A stretch of 24,255 nt of DNA. It comes from Caldilineaceae bacterium. GTDB taxonomy: Bacteria; Chloroflexota; Anaerolineae; Caldilineales; Caldilineaceae. Each line of letters starts with the position of its first letter. Position 1 is the stretch's first letter. Below are positions 22,964 to 24,255 of this stretch, one piece after another. The notes under the pieces were generated by a model. The model made no database searches. It had not been told where the DNA came from and saw nothing but the letters and a program-made list of their open reading frames with translations. The position numbers and the translations under genes are program-made. Where the stretch lies: NCBI GenBank assembly GCA_024643705.1, contig JAHEML010000003.1:1-24255 (forward strand), in the 5' to 3' direction.

Positions 22964-24255
22964 TCAATCCGATTTTTCCATCAAATAGTGCCAGACAGTG
23001 TTCAATTCCCGCCCGCCCAGCAGCCGATGTAAAACCACATAGGCCAGACTGCCAGCGCCAATGCTCAACACCAAATAGGGGACTGTGTCCAACCCCAGGC
23101 GGGCCACCCCCGCGATCAGCGCAACCATTCCAGCGCAGGCCAATAACCCGCGCAACAGGGCCACGGCCAAGCCTTTTTCTTCCCCCGGCGCAAAGTCCAG
23201 TTGCCGGTTGAGAAGATAGAGCGCAACGGCCAGGGCAGCCGAAGCCAGGGTGGTGGCCCAGGCCAACCCAGCGATGCCAAAGGGCTTCACCAGCAGAACG
23301 CTCAACCCCACATGGACAACCGCCCAGCCCAGATTGGCCCACATAACAATGCGGGTATTGTGCCGGGCGTAGAACCCCATCGACAGCACATCTTGGCTGG
23401 TGTCTGTGAACAGTCGCAGGGCAAAAATTGCCATCAGCCCATAAACAAGCGCCGTGGAGCGCGCATCAAACGCGCCGCGCTGAAAGAGAAAGACCACCGC
23501 CGGTGTTCCCAATGCCAGCAGCCCCACCGCACTTGGGATGACCAGCAGCCAGGCTGCGCGCAGACCGGCAAAGAGAGTGGACTGCATGGCCTGCACACGT
23601 CCCGCGTTGTACTCCTCGGCCAGGGTCGGGAACATCACAGCGGTGATGGCTCCGGTGAAGAGCGACTTGGGCATTGCCACCATCACCAACAGCGCGTAGA
23701 AGAAAGCGGTGATGCTGCCCGCGGGTAAGGGGGATGCCAGCCGCAGGAAGACCAAGTCCACCGCCTGCACCACCCCCAACGTCACCATGCGCGGCCAGAT
23801 CAGGCGCGCCATCTCCCGGCTGCCGGAGAGACGGAGGGCAAGGGTCGGGCGCAGACGAATGCCCTTGTGCCACAGCGCAGGGAGTTGTGTGGCCGCCAGC
23901 AGCAGGCTGCCGATCACACTGCCCCAGGCCACCCCATGAATGCCCCAACGGGGAGCCAACACAGACAGCCCGAAAATCTGCCCCAGATCGATCAGACTCA
24001 GCGCCAGGGCCGGGGCCAGAAAGTGCTGATGCGCGTTGAGCAGACTGGAAAAGACGCTGCTCACCCCCACAATCACCGACGAAAGCAGGGCAATGCGCAT
24101 CAGTTCCGCTGTGAGCATCTGCTGGGCTGGGCCAAAGTCTGGCACAAGCAACACCCGGCAAATCCAGGGTGCGGCCAGCGCTGCCAGGCCACAAATCCCG
24201 CCCACCACCAGCACTGTCAGCGTGAAGACTGTGTTGCCCAGCCCATCGGCCTCGG
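22964..24255 (-). CDS. murJ: Lipid II flippase MurJ (MviN), 5' end outside the window
   Basis: LLNAHQHFLAPAL, MFPTL, LFQRGAFD..ST, FYARHNTR motifs; many TM segments; the frame stays open to base 24253. Confidence 0.93.
   Translation of the reverse strand, partial: EADGLGNTVFTLTVLVVGGICGLAALAAPWICRVLLVPDFGPAQQMLTAELMRIALLSSVIVGVSSVFSSLLNAHQHFLAPALALSLIDLGQIFGLSVLAPRWGIHGVAWGSVIGSLLLAATQLPALWHKGIRLRPTLALRLSGSREMARLIWPRMVTLGVVQAVDLVFLRLASPLPAGSITAFFYALLVMVAMPKSLFTGAITAVMFPTLAEEYNAGRVQAMQSTLFAGLRAAWLLVIPSAVGLLALGTPAVVFLFQRGAFDARSTALVYGLMAIFALRLFTDTSQDVLSMGFYARHNTRIVMWANLGWAVVHVGLSVLLVKPFGIAGLAWATTLASAALAVALYLLNRQLDFAPGEEKGLAVALLRGLLACAGMVALIAGVARLGLDTVPYLVLSIGAGSLAYVVLHRLLGGRELNTVWHYLMEKSD

Overview
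Bacterial chromosomal window, most likely Chloroflexota (Caldilineae/Anaerolineae-like). This taxon call is an inference from the GAAC-N4-GTTC SOS box, the Ala/Pro/Thr-linker lipoproteins and gene content. The window is mainly housekeeping and metabolic. In order it carries: a GAF sensor gene running off the left edge (minus strand, absent from the ORF track) with an in-frame 12-bp x10 repeat; recA with a near-consensus sigma70 promoter and a LexA box in the spacer; a divergent hypothetical gene; tag, lysA, an EamA/DMT transporter and an unannotated 42-aa membrane protein (all minus); a YabN-type mazG; a complete livKHMGF-type ABC transporter whose LivM has an extra multi-TM N-terminus; a truncated globin; tRNA-Arg(UCG) with a duplicated 3' end; a minus-strand run of cytochrome P450, class-III aminotransferase, cyanophycinase homologue and Pro/Thr lipoprotein; a coupled epimerase/Gfo-Idh-MocA pair; an SGNH hydrolase; and murJ running off the right edge. 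I found no CRISPR array, transposase, integrase, phage gene or defence system. The best leads are a cyanophycinase-fold protein that appears to have lost all three catalytic-triad residues, an 80-bp MITE-like element (12-bp TIRs, TTA duplication) behind recA, the (DNTV)n coding repeat, and a recurring set of heptamer-repeat and palindromic intergenic elements. No database searches were possible, so family assignments rest on motif recognition by eye.
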